DNA of 48,837 bases from an uncultured Ignavibacteriales bacterium (GCA_937138605.1 CAKZPH010000296.1:1-48837); one strand, 5' to 3'. Counted from the first letter of the stretch, positions 28,367 through 37,295 are shown. Notes: a model not told the origin generated them from the sequence alone. Numbers and translations are program-made.

Positions 28367-29956
28367 TTATTTTTCCTGTACTTGTTTTGCATCAGATGGG
28401 ATTTTGGGTTCAACCATAATGACTTTTTCTCTCTGCAACTGAACAGTACCTGGAAGCATTCCTTTACGTTTAATAACATACTTTTTCTCTGTATAACTCA
28501 CAGGAATTAACTTTGAGTGTTTTGCTTTGCTGAAATAAGCAGCTAAAGTCGCAGCTTTTTCTATAATTTGCTTTGGAATTGTTTCCTTTTTGTTCTCTTT
28601 TTTAATTATAACGTGAGAGCCACTAACCCCTCGTGCATGTAACCATAAATCGTCACTTTTTGCAAACTCAAATGTAAGTATATCGTTTGATTTACTATCT
28701 TTTCCAATATAAACATGATATTTGTCATCAATTACAAAATGACGAAAATACCTTTGAATTGAACCTTCAGAACTTTTGGGCAAAGGTTTAAAGTAGCTTT
28801 TTAATTCCTCTAAATTCATACAATTTTCTATTTCATTTATTTTTTCTTTTATCTCATTTAAATCCTGTTCAGTTTTCTGAAGTAAATTTCTCAAAGCTTC
28901 TAATCTTTTAGTTTCTTCACGCGCTTTTTCAAAATATATCTCGGCATTCTCAAACGGGGATTTTGTTACATCAAGTTTAATTGTATAGTCACGATTATCA
29001 AAAGATGTTTTAAAAATTTTTGTTCCTTTTTTTATTTCGTTTGCGTGAATAAGAATTAAATTGCCCTTTGTTCTGAATTCTTCCGAATGATCTATAAAAT
29101 TTTCAGGCTTATTTAGTTCCTGATGTTTAGAAAACAATTTTTCATAATCGCTCTTCATCTTTTTCAGTAATGAGCTTTTGGCATTTTTTAGAGTTTGATC
29201 TTTCTGAATTAAAAAATAAAGTTTTGGATACTCTGATAAAAAGTTTTCTGCCAATCTGAATTCTAGATTTTTATGTTTAAGCTCACAGGATGAACAAGTG
29301 TTATCGCTATAGATATGCAAGGGAAAATTTTCGATTTCAAAAATTACCTCATTAAAAGTTTCAAAATAACTTCGATTAAAATTTTTACTCCTAAAAGTTA
29401 TCTCTTTTAATAACTCCTTACCTAAAATCTTTTTTAATAAGTTTGATTGAAAATCATCACTTGTAAAAGAGCAATTGAATTTAGTTTCATTTGAAAAATT
29501 ATCTCGGTCAAAAGATGTTGTCGGAAAAGTTTCGAAGAAATTTTTATCAGTTAGGGCATAGGAATCTTTAAAACTCTCAATAATCATGTTATTTTTATCA
29601 ATAAGCACCACGTTCGAATGAGGACCTCTAAACATAAAAACTAATTTTTCCGAACTAAAATCAAAAATGATATTTCTTTCAAAATCACCGATAGAAATAT
29701 TCTTTAAAGTTTTATCTTTAAGTCTTTCAAAAAACTCAGCATAATTCTTCTTGGCAAATGCGAAGTGGTTCTTTAAGTAGATCAAAGATGGTAATTGTTG
29801 AAAAGTGAAAATTACAAATTGTTCAGTTTCTTCTGAATAAAATCCTGTAACTATTTCATTCTTTGATTGACTAATTGATCGAAAAAATTTAAATCCTGTC
29901 AGTCTTTCATTTAACTCCTTGCTGACTCTCTTTAGAAAAAAAAAGTTGTCAAACAT
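28367..29956 (-). CDS. rqcH: NFACT-family protein (RqcH / FbpA-like ribosome quality control factor)
   Basis: The N-terminus aligns, from memory, to B. subtilis RqcH NFACT-N (GDFERNIIF vs GLDRIMIF; GPHSNVVL vs GRHSNIIL). Central coiled coil. C-terminal NFACT-R/DUF814 motif DLWLHARGVSGSHVIIK. Confidence 0.7.
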   Translation of the reverse strand: MFDNFFFLKRVSKELNERLTGFKFFRSISQSKNEIVTGFYSEETEQFVIFTFQQLPSLIYLKNHFAFAKKNYAEFFERLKDKTLKNISIGDFERNIIFDFSSEKLVFMFRGPHSNVVLIDKNNMIIESFKDSYALTDKNFFETFPTTSFDRDNFSNETKFNCSFTSDDFQSNLLKKILGKELLKEITFRSKNFNRSYFETFNEVIFEIENFPLHIYSDNTCSSCELKHKNLEFRLAENFLSEYPKLYFLIQKDQTLKNAKSSLLKKMKSDYEKLFSKHQELNKPENFIDHSEEFRTKGNLILIHANEIKKGTKIFKTSFDNRDYTIKLDVTKSPFENAEIYFEKAREETKRLEALRNLLQKTEQDLNEIKEKINEIENCMNLEELKSYFKPLPKSSEGSIQRYFRHFVIDDKYHVYIGKDSKSNDILTFEFAKSDDLWLHARGVSGSHVIIKKENKKETIPKQIIEKAATLAAYFSKAKHSKLIPVSYTEKKYVIKRKGMLPGTVQLQREKVIMVEPKIPSDAKQVQEK

Positions 29957-31253
29957 TTTTTGTTTTCGATCTTTTCAATTCAATATTTTTCAATATTATC
30001 AACACAATATGATAAATAAACATAAGCACTGTGGCAACTATACCAATTCCGAATAAAATTAGAAACAACTCATCATGCAGATCACTGACTTTGCCATAGG
30101 ATTTATAAAGCCATCCGCCAAAAGTGCCTCCTACAAACCAGCCAATTGCTATGGGTAAAAACGCATAACCTTGGAATAATGCTTCTTGTCCCTTTGGCGC
30201 AAGATCTGCAATATATTGATAATAACGGGGAGCCTGGGTCATTTCTCCCAATGAAAAAACAACAATACCTGCTATAATTGTTGGAATTGACGGATATGCT
30301 AACATTACTAACCAACTCAAACTCGATGTGAAAAATCCTAGAATTATAGCATGTATGGTGGGAACGTTTTTAGTAAGCCTGTTTACAATCAATTGAAATA
30401 AGATTATTGACCATGCTCCCATTGATTCAATTACTTCAAAAGGAGCATGTGGATCAATATGATCTACTATGTAGTATGGAACGACAATAAAAATCTGCCA
30501 GAACATTAACCAATAAAGTGAAAATATCAAAAGAAATATGATGAATTTAAGGTTAACTAAAACTTTTAAAAGATTAACAATTTGTTGTTTTAGTGTGGGT
30601 CTTAATTCATTTATATAACTATTTGCGGGTTCTTTGTAAAGTAACAACGTAGCAAAAAACATTAGTAGACAACTTATTGATGAGATTAAAAACACAAACT
30701 CAATTCCCATATTTCCACGAATTACAAATGCAATAGCAGGCCCAATAGCTGCACCTATATTTACTAACCAGTAATAAATCGCATATCCTAATGATTTAAA
30801 TTCTTCTTTCGAAGTTAAAGCGATTGTACCAAGAACACTCGGTTTAATGAATGAACCACCAATAGCTGTGAAAATTAAAATCAACATTAAAATGAAAAAT
30901 TTATCATAACCCGAATAAATGGAATTGAAAGCAGTCATTCCAGTAGAACCGATCAAAAAATATCCAATAGCTAAAACAGAGAATGCAAACATAAATGATT
31001 TCCTGAACCCAAATTTATCAGCAAGAGCACCAGCAAAAACCGGTAAAAAATATATCAACCCTCCAAAGGTAGAGGAAAGTTTACCAGCGGTTACTTCATC
31101 AAATTTCAAATGATCACGCAAGAAAACACTTAGAATTGTTGCTTGTCCATAATACGCGATACGTTCAAACAATTCCATTATATTGGCGACCCAAAAAGGC
31201 ATTTGAAAGCCTTGAATTACCTCAGTAAGTTTTTGTTTTATTTTCACAGTCAA
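29949..31253 (-). CDS. MFS transporter of the POT/PTR (proton-dependent oligopeptide) family
   Basis: ExxERFxYYG-type motif MELFERIAYYG near the N-terminus and ~12 TM segments. The start is uncertain: TTG 31253, or GTG 31247, which has better spacing from GAGGA. Confidence 0.75.
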   Translation of the reverse strand: MTVKIKQKLTEVIQGFQMPFWVANIMELFERIAYYGQATILSVFLRDHLKFDEVTAGKLSSTFGGLIYFLPVFAGALADKFGFRKSFMFAFSVLAIGYFLIGSTGMTAFNSIYSGYDKFFILMLILIFTAIGGSFIKPSVLGTIALTSKEEFKSLGYAIYYWLVNIGAAIGPAIAFVIRGNMGIEFVFLISSISCLLMFFATLLLYKEPANSYINELRPTLKQQIVNLLKVLVNLKFIIFLLIFSLYWLMFWQIFIVVPYYIVDHIDPHAPFEVIESMGAWSIILFQLIVNRLTKNVPTIHAIILGFFTSSLSWLVMLAYPSIPTIIAGIVVFSLGEMTQAPRYYQYIADLAPKGQEALFQGYAFLPIAIGWFVGGTFGGWLYKSYGKVSDLHDELFLILFGIGIVATVLMFIYHIVLIILKNIELKRSKTKNV

Positions 31254-31267
31254 TCCTCAATTTGTTT

Positions 31268-32437
31268 TTATATTAAAATAATCTCTTTTTGAATTTCTCC
31301 GGTAACTTCTGCAGTAAAATTTTTATTGATGTAAACATTTACCTCTGTTCTAACTGCCATTTCATTAGGTAGATAAATACCTGGCTCGATAGAGAACAAA
31401 CAACCTGGCACTAATTCTCTTTCATCTTTAGTTTCTAGATTATCTATATTTGGACCATTTCCATGAACTTCTGCTCCAATCGAATGACCTGTTCGATGGA
31501 TAAAATATTTACCAAAACCTGCCTTCTTAATTACAGTTCTGGCAACATCATCAACTTGCCATCCATAAATTTTCTTTCTCTTAGCAAGGGAATCCTGAAT
31601 GAATTTAATTGCAGCATCACGGGCGTCTTTTGCTACTTCAAATATTTTTACATATTTAATTGGTGGTTCATTTCCAACATACCCAACCCATGTTATATCA
31701 TAATAAATGCCACCTTCAACATTCTTCTTTGCCCACAAATCAATTAATACAGTGTCTCCTTCTTTGAAAACGTAACCATCAGGTTTTGGTTCAAAATGAG
31801 GATCCGCAGGATGGTCATTAATACCAACAATTGGAGCTGAGCTGGTAACAAGATTTCTTTCTTTAAATCTCTCCAAAATAAATTGTTGTAATTCGAATTC
31901 ATTCAGTTGCTGATTTAAATCAATAGTTTCTCTTATTTTTTTAAAGGCGAGTTTTCGTATTTCATCAATATCTTTTTGAGCTTCTTTATGAAGTTCGTAA
32001 CCTCTTTCATCGATTAAAGCTTCGAAAATGGAAACTAAGTTTGCAGATGAAACAATTCTTATCCCGAAGCTTTTTATTAGTTCAATCGTACCACCATCAA
32101 CGAGTGAAATATATGGTATGTTGTTCTTTGGAGAATATTGCATTGCAACTCTTTTCGCCGAACCAAGAATTTTTTCTAAAAGTTTATGCTGTTCTTCATA
32201 TGGAAGATATATGAATTTCTTACCAGGCAATGCATCTAATTTTGTTGATTCAACGGCAGATACAAGCTTTTTAGGTTCGCCCTTTGCAGGAATAAAATAA
32301 TACCATCGACGAGTTGTATGTTTATTTTCAAGTCCTAAAATTTTATAGGCAATTGGATCGCGGTTATGAAAATCATAAAATAACCAACCATCCAATCCCA
32401 TTTTCTTTAATTCAGATTGAATTATTTTAATATCCAT
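31268..32437 (-). CDS. M24-family metallopeptidase (Xaa-Pro aminopeptidase / prolidase-like)
   Basis: Pita-bread fold motifs (IDLW...D, HRTGHSIG, FSIEPGIY, TEV). GGAGG upstream of the ATG. Confidence 0.75.
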   Translation of the reverse strand: MDIKIIQSELKKMGLDGWLFYDFHNRDPIAYKILGLENKHTTRRWYYFIPAKGEPKKLVSAVESTKLDALPGKKFIYLPYEEQHKLLEKILGSAKRVAMQYSPKNNIPYISLVDGGTIELIKSFGIRIVSSANLVSIFEALIDERGYELHKEAQKDIDEIRKLAFKKIRETIDLNQQLNEFELQQFILERFKERNLVTSSAPIVGINDHPADPHFEPKPDGYVFKEGDTVLIDLWAKKNVEGGIYYDITWVGYVGNEPPIKYVKIFEVAKDARDAAIKFIQDSLAKRKKIYGWQVDDVARTVIKKAGFGKYFIHRTGHSIGAEVHGNGPNIDNLETKDERELVPGCLFSIEPGIYLPNEMAVRTEVNVYINKNFTAEVTGEIQKEIILI

Positions 32438-32469
32438 TTTCTATTCCTCCATTAAGCAATAAATTTTTT

Positions 32470-32477
32470 CAAAGTTA
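32470..32477 (-). promoter_or_regulatory. Candidate -7 element (TAACTTTG on the minus strand) for the M24 peptidase operon
   Basis: Plus-strand CAAAGTTA is the reverse complement of TAnnTTTG, ~32 nt upstream of ATG 32437. The -33 position is T-rich but is not TTTG. Confidence 0.35.
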
Positions 32478-32658
32478 AGTAAATGAAATTTGCAGAAAAA
32501 GAAATAAAAAAATTTTTTTATGAATTAAATTCCAGACTAAAACCAAAACTGTTTTAATAATTAACTTGAAAACTTTAATCGATTATTCAAAATAAAAACA
32601 ACAGGTGTAAAATTTTTTATTATCAATTTACACTCAGCAGATAAAATTTTTACAAATT

Positions 32659-32689
32659 TTTGAATTTCTTTAAGTGATATTTATATTTG
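32659..32689 (+). promoter_or_regulatory. Candidate FCB-type promoter for the PASTA-rpe-nagA unit (TTTG, 19 nt, TATATTTG)
   Basis: TTTG at 32659-32662 and TATATTTG at 32682-32689, ~29 nt upstream of ATG 32718. Confidence 0.5.
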
Positions 32690-32717
32690 AACGATTATCA
32701 GTATTCAAACTTCAATT

Positions 32718-33455
32718 ATGAAACCAAAAAAACTTTTCATCTTCTTTATTGTTTTGATAGCAATAATTCTACTTTTTGATAAAGTCATTATGCCATGGTA
32801 TGTTAGAGATGAGATTGTTAAAACTCCCAATGTAACTGGAATGACTTTAGAACAGGCTAGAGTTGTGCTATCCAATGCAGGTTTAGTTCCAGTAGATGGT
32901 GGTGAAAGATTTGATAATCGTTTTCCAAAAGGAACGGTAATTTTACAAAAGCCAAAAGCGAATCAAGAAGTAAAAATCGGGCGAAGAGTATATTTAATTA
33001 TAAGTAGTGGTAATGTACTGGTTAATGTCCCGGATTTCAGATATAAATCACTAAGTGAAGCTAATATTTTAGTCACTAAAGTTGGATTAACACTTGGTGA
33101 TATTATAGAAGATACTCTAACCGAAGCACCAAAAGGATTGATTGTTAATCAATCGATTCCACCCGGAGAAAAAGTTGAAAAAGGGAGTGTAATTAATTTT
33201 CATATAAGTAGCGGTTCACTTTTAGGTGAGGTTGAAGTGCCTAATTTAGTTGGGAAAAGTTTTAATGATGGAAGAAAAATAATTGAGGCTAAAGGTTTAA
33301 CATTAGGAAAAATTATTTATCAACCATCCATTGACTTACTTCCTAATACAATTGTCTATCAAAATCCGCAATCTGGTTCACATGTACCAGAGGGAACTCG
33401 AATAGATCTAATTGTAGTGAAGGAAAAAATAAACGAAAAGGAGATTATCGAATAA
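32718..33455 (+). CDS. Membrane-anchored protein with three PASTA repeats and no kinase or transpeptidase domain
   Basis: N-terminal TM helix followed by three ~65-aa repeats that each begin with a V-P-(N/D) motif (TPNVTGMTLEQA..., VPDFRYKSLSEA..., VPNLVGKSFNDG...), as in PASTA domains. Confidence 0.75.
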   Translation: MKPKKLFIFFIVLIAIILLFDKVIMPWYVRDEIVKTPNVTGMTLEQARVVLSNAGLVPVDGGERFDNRFPKGTVILQKPKANQEVKIGRRVYLIISSGNVLVNVPDFRYKSLSEANILVTKVGLTLGDIIEDTLTEAPKGLIVNQSIPPGEKVEKGSVINFHISSGSLLGEVEVPNLVGKSFNDGRKIIEAKGLTLGKIIYQPSIDLLPNTIVYQNPQSGSHVPEGTRIDLIVVKEKINEKEIIE

Positions 33456-34136
33456 ATGGGATTGTTGTCACCATCAATATTATCATCTGATTTTTCGGAT
33501 TTAAAAGAACAGATCAGAATTTTAGAAGTTGGTGGTGCTGATTGGATTCATTGTGATGTAATGGACGGATTATTTGTCCCTAATTTGACTTTTGGTCCAA
33601 TTGTAATTGGAGGATTGAATAAAATTACAAATCTCCCTTTAGATGTGCATTTAATGATCGTAAATCCAGATAAATATTTAAATGATTATTATAATGCTGG
33701 TGCTGATATTTTAACAGTTCATCAAGAAGCAGTAATACATTTACATAGGACCATTTCAAGCATACAGGAGTTAGGATTAAAGGCTGGAGTTAGCATTAAT
33801 CCTGCAACACCTGTTAAAATGATTGAATCAGTTCTGGAGAACGTTGATTTAGTATTAGTGATGAGCGTAAATCCCGGATTTGGTGGACAAAAATTTATTC
33901 CTTATTCCTTAAAAAAAATTGAACAACTAAAGGAAATAAAAATAAAACATAATTATGATTTTTTAATTGAAGTCGATGGTGGAATAGGTTTAGATAATAT
34001 TGAGGATGTACTGAATGCAGGAGCTGAGATAATTGTTGCTGGTGCGTCAATTTTCAAAAGCACAAATCCTATTCAAACAACTCAGGAATTAAAAAGCATA
34101 ATAATAAATCGTCAAAAGGAGACCAAATTAAAATGA
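33456..34136 (+). CDS. rpe: Ribulose-phosphate 3-epimerase
   Basis: SILSSDF, HCDVMDG.FVPN, VHLM, VNPGFGGQKF, VDGG motifs. Confidence 0.9.
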   Translation: MGLLSPSILSSDFSDLKEQIRILEVGGADWIHCDVMDGLFVPNLTFGPIVIGGLNKITNLPLDVHLMIVNPDKYLNDYYNAGADILTVHQEAVIHLHRTISSIQELGLKAGVSINPATPVKMIESVLENVDLVLVMSVNPGFGGQKFIPYSLKKIEQLKEIKIKHNYDFLIEVDGGIGLDNIEDVLNAGAEIIVAGASIFKSTNPIQTTQELKSIIINRQKETKLK

Positions 34137-35314
34137 AACTTACCTTCGTTGGTGGAAAAGTAATTACACCATTTAGATGTATTGAACCAGCCACGATAGT
34201 AATTGAAGGAAAAAAGATTTTCGAATTAGGTAAATCTGAAGATGTTGATATACCATCTAATGCAAAAGTAATAGATGCTTCAGGAATGATAATCACACCA
34301 GGTTTTGTTGATTTGCTATGTCATGGAGGAGAAGGAAAAGGGTTTGCAGATGAGGACGATCCAACTGCATTGGATACAATTTCCCGATTTCACTTTAAAC
34401 ATGGTACCACAACTTTACTTGCAGGATTATATTCAAAACCCTTTAATTTATTAATTAAAGATATGCGGCGTATTGCTCATTACATTGAAAATAATAATGA
34501 TACAAATATTTTTGGGATACATATGGAAGGCCCCTATATAAATCCTAAATTGAAAGGGGCAATGAACGAAGAATATCTTTGGAAACCAGAGCTTGAAAGT
34601 TGGTTAAGCTTGCGAGACGCCGCACGAGGTTTTATTAAAATTATGACAATTGCTCCTGAACTTCCCGGTGCAATAGAAATTATGAGATACGCTGCTCAAG
34701 ATAGAATTGTGCTTTCCATTGGTCACTCTGAAGCTACATACGAAGAAATCGAAGTTGCCATTGATAATGGAGCTTCTCATATAACCCATATTTTCAACGC
34801 AATGCGTCCACTTCATCATCGTGACGCTGGAGTTCTTGCCGCTTCATTTTTAAGAGACGAACTTAAAATAGAATTGATTGCTGATGGAATTCACGTCCAT
34901 CCTGTTATTATGAAATTGATTTACAAACTAAAAGGAACACGTGGGATTATTTTAATTACAGACGCAATAAGAGCCGCAGGTATGCCCGATGGTGAATATG
35001 AATTTGCTGATCAAAAAGTTTACGTAAAAAATAAGAAAGCATACCTCGAAGATGGAACTCTTGCAGGAAGTACACTTACGATGGAAGAGGCCGTTAGAGT
35101 TATGCATGAGAAAGTCGGAGTACCATTAACTGACGCGGTTCGAATGGCCTCACTGAATGGAACAAAAGTTCTTGGAATTCAACGTCAAAAGGGGATTTTG
35201 GCAGCAGGCATGGATGCAGATATAGTGGTTATGGATGAACAATTTAATGTGCTTGTAACATTGAAAGAAGGTAAAGTTAAACATTCTGAAATTTCAGATT
35301 TAGAAATCGATTAA
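34133..35314 (+). CDS. nagA: N-acetylglucosamine-6-phosphate deacetylase
   Basis: Amidohydrolase motifs GFVDLLCHGG, HMEGPYI, GHS.AT, THIFNAM, and TD...AG near the C-terminus. ATGA overlap with rpe. Confidence 0.85.
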   Translation: MKLTFVGGKVITPFRCIEPATIVIEGKKIFELGKSEDVDIPSNAKVIDASGMIITPGFVDLLCHGGEGKGFADEDDPTALDTISRFHFKHGTTTLLAGLYSKPFNLLIKDMRRIAHYIENNNDTNIFGIHMEGPYINPKLKGAMNEEYLWKPELESWLSLRDAARGFIKIMTIAPELPGAIEIMRYAAQDRIVLSIGHSEATYEEIEVAIDNGASHITHIFNAMRPLHHRDAGVLAASFLRDELKIELIADGIHVHPVIMKLIYKLKGTRGIILITDAIRAAGMPDGEYEFADQKVYVKNKKAYLEDGTLAGSTLTMEEAVRVMHEKVGVPLTDAVRMASLNGTKVLGIQRQKGILAAGMDADIVVMDEQFNVLVTLKEGKVKHSEISDLEID

Positions 35315-35322
35315 TATGTGAG

Positions 35323-36477
35323 ATGAAAGTAAGAATTAGATATCATATTAACAAAAGTTCGGTTGTAAAGCTTATCGGCGATTCAAAAATCGCCGATAAG
35401 TTTTTTTATCCATTATATTCACTCTCGTACGAAACTCAAGATTTTTCCCGCTTGGGTATAATTAAAAGTTCATTACCTGAATTTGTTGATTCACATATTT
35501 TATTAGATAGAAAATCACTTGTAATTTTTGGTGATTTAAACTTATATAAAAAGATTTCAAGTGCAATCTTTAATGTTGACGAATACGCTGCTAACTTAAC
35601 CCTGGAATTATTAAATAATTTCAAACAAAGCGAGAATTTTTATTATGAAATATCAAATAGAAAATTTGACAATTCAAAAAAATACGTTATGGGAGTACTC
35701 AATATTACAACTGATTCATTTTATGATGGAGGTGAGTACATTGATTATAATAAAGCAAAAAGTCGAATAGATGAATTTGTTGACTTAGGAGTAGACATTA
35801 TTGATATTGGTGGTGAATCAACACGACCGGGCTCAGAACCTATTCCTGCCGAAATTGAACTTGAAAGAATTTTACCTGCAGTTGAATATGCTCTTAAAAA
35901 AAATGTAGTTGTTTCAATTGACACTTATAAAAGCACAGTAGCGAAAAAATGTTTAGATATTGGTGCGCATATAATTAATGATATTAGTGGATTTAGATTT
36001 GATGGAGCACTCCCAACCATTTGTTCAGAATATAATTCAGCCATAATTCTAATGCACATTCGTGGAACTCCAAAAACTATGCAAATTAATCCAAATTATG
36101 ACGATGTAATGCAAGAAATTTTTGATGAGTTAAATTATAGCATTCGAATAGCCGAGATGCATTCACTCAATAAGATTTTTGTTGACCCTGGGATAGGCTT
36201 TGGAAAACGTCTAAAAGATAACTATGAAATAATTCAGAGATTAGAAGAATTAAAATTTCTAGGCTATCCAATTTTAGTTGGCTTAAGTAGAAAATCATTC
36301 ATTGGTAAATTACTTAACAAAGAACCTAAAGAAAGGCTAACGGGCACAATAGCATCTAATTCGGTAGCTCTCATAAAAGCTGCAAATATAATCCGTGTTC
36401 ATGATGTTAATGAAGCAATAGAAACAAAGAAGATAATTGAAGCAATTCAAAACCCTGATAAAATAGTTTTAGAGTAA
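35323..36477 (+). CDS. folP: Dihydropteroate synthase with an unassigned ~120-aa N-terminal extension (start codon uncertain: ATG 35323, TTG 35452 or ATG 35689)
   Basis: The canonical DHPS core starts at VMGVLNITTDSFYDGG (Met at 35689) and continues with DIGGESTRPG, SIDT, NDISG and DPGIGFGK. The upstream 122 codons are open but unrecognised. Confidence 0.8.
   Translation: MKVRIRYHINKSSVVKLIGDSKIADKFFYPLYSLSYETQDFSRLGIIKSSLPEFVDSHILLDRKSLVIFGDLNLYKKISSAIFNVDEYAANLTLELLNNFKQSENFYYEISNRKFDNSKKYVMGVLNITTDSFYDGGEYIDYNKAKSRIDEFVDLGVDIIDIGGESTRPGSEPIPAEIELERILPAVEYALKKNVVVSIDTYKSTVAKKCLDIGAHIINDISGFRFDGALPTICSEYNSAIILMHIRGTPKTMQINPNYDDVMQEIFDELNYSIRIAEMHSLNKIFVDPGIGFGKRLKDNYEIIQRLEELKFLGYPILVGLSRKSFIGKLLNKEPKERLTGTIASNSVALIKAANIIRVHDVNEAIETKKIIEAIQNPDKIVLE
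35371..35407 (+). terminator. Strong Rho-independent terminator-like hairpin, 57 nt after the nagA stop and inside the annotated folP ORF
   Basis: Perfect 13-bp stem CTTATCGGCGATT (35371-35383) / AATCGCCGATAAG (35388-35400), 4-nt loop CAAA, then T7 (35401-35407). Confidence 0.75.
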
Positions 36478-36479
36478 AC

Positions 36480-37295
36480 ATGATTGAAATTTTTAGAATT
36501 GATTTTTTAACGATTAAATTACTTGATTTGATAGATGTAGTTCTAGTTGCTTACCTTTTCTATTTAATATATAAGCATATGAAAGGAACTATTGCTTCGC
36601 AAATATTTATGGGCATTGTGATTTTATTAATATTATCTTTTGGAGCTCGTGCCCTTAATTTAAAGGCTATGGGATTCCTTTTAAAGCTTGTAACTGATAT
36701 TTGGGTTATTGTTTTTGTCATTTTATTTCAACCTGAACTGAGAAGATTGTTATTGCTTTTAAGTCGCAATAAATTATTTGGATATTACTTAAAGTCCGAA
36801 GCCAAACAAACGATAAAGGAAATAGTTACTGCTTCATATGAGCTCTCTGATAAACAATGGGGTGGTTTAATTGTACTTTGCCGAACCACTGGATTAAAAG
36901 GTGTAATTGAAACAGGAATTCAAATTGGTGCAAGAGTTTCTGCTTCTTTAATTGTGTCTATTTTCAATCCACGATCACCCTTACATGATGGAGCAATTGT
37001 AATCCTTGACAACACAATTGAAGCAGCGCGGTGTACATTACCTTTAAGTATTCATAATATTATTGAAGGTTTTCAACTTGGAATGCGTCACAAGGCAGGT
37101 TTAGGAATTACAGAACAAGCTGATGTTGTAAGCATCATTATCTCTGAAGAAACAGGAAGTGTGTCTTTTGCCGAGGACGGTAAGCTTTACCGTTCGCTTT
37201 CTAAAGAAGAATTGTCTCAAAAACTGGAAGATGCTTTCTCAAGAAAAATCTTTAGAACGAAATTATTTAATCTTAAAAATCTTGATAAGGAATAA
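36480..37295 (+). CDS. cdaA: Diadenylate cyclase (membrane-anchored CdaA type)
   Basis: Three N-terminal TM helices plus a DAC domain with PLHDGAIVI (DGA motif) and GMRHKAGLG (RHR motif present as RHK), then SEETGSVS. Confidence 0.85.
   Translation: MIEIFRIDFLTIKLLDLIDVVLVAYLFYLIYKHMKGTIASQIFMGIVILLILSFGARALNLKAMGFLLKLVTDIWVIVFVILFQPELRRLLLLLSRNKLFGYYLKSEAKQTIKEIVTASYELSDKQWGGLIVLCRTTGLKGVIETGIQIGARVSASLIVSIFNPRSPLHDGAIVILDNTIEAARCTLPLSIHNIIEGFQLGMRHKAGLGITEQADVVSIIISEETGSVSFAEDGKLYRSLSKEELSQKLEDAFSRKIFRTKLFNLKNLDKE

Noticed and set aside
32483-32557. 24-codon ORF (MKFAEKEIKKFFYELNSRLKPKLF) in the 280-bp intergenic region
   Set aside because: It has no Shine-Dalgarno sequence, a Lys-rich composition expected from AT-rich DNA, and a size compatible with chance.
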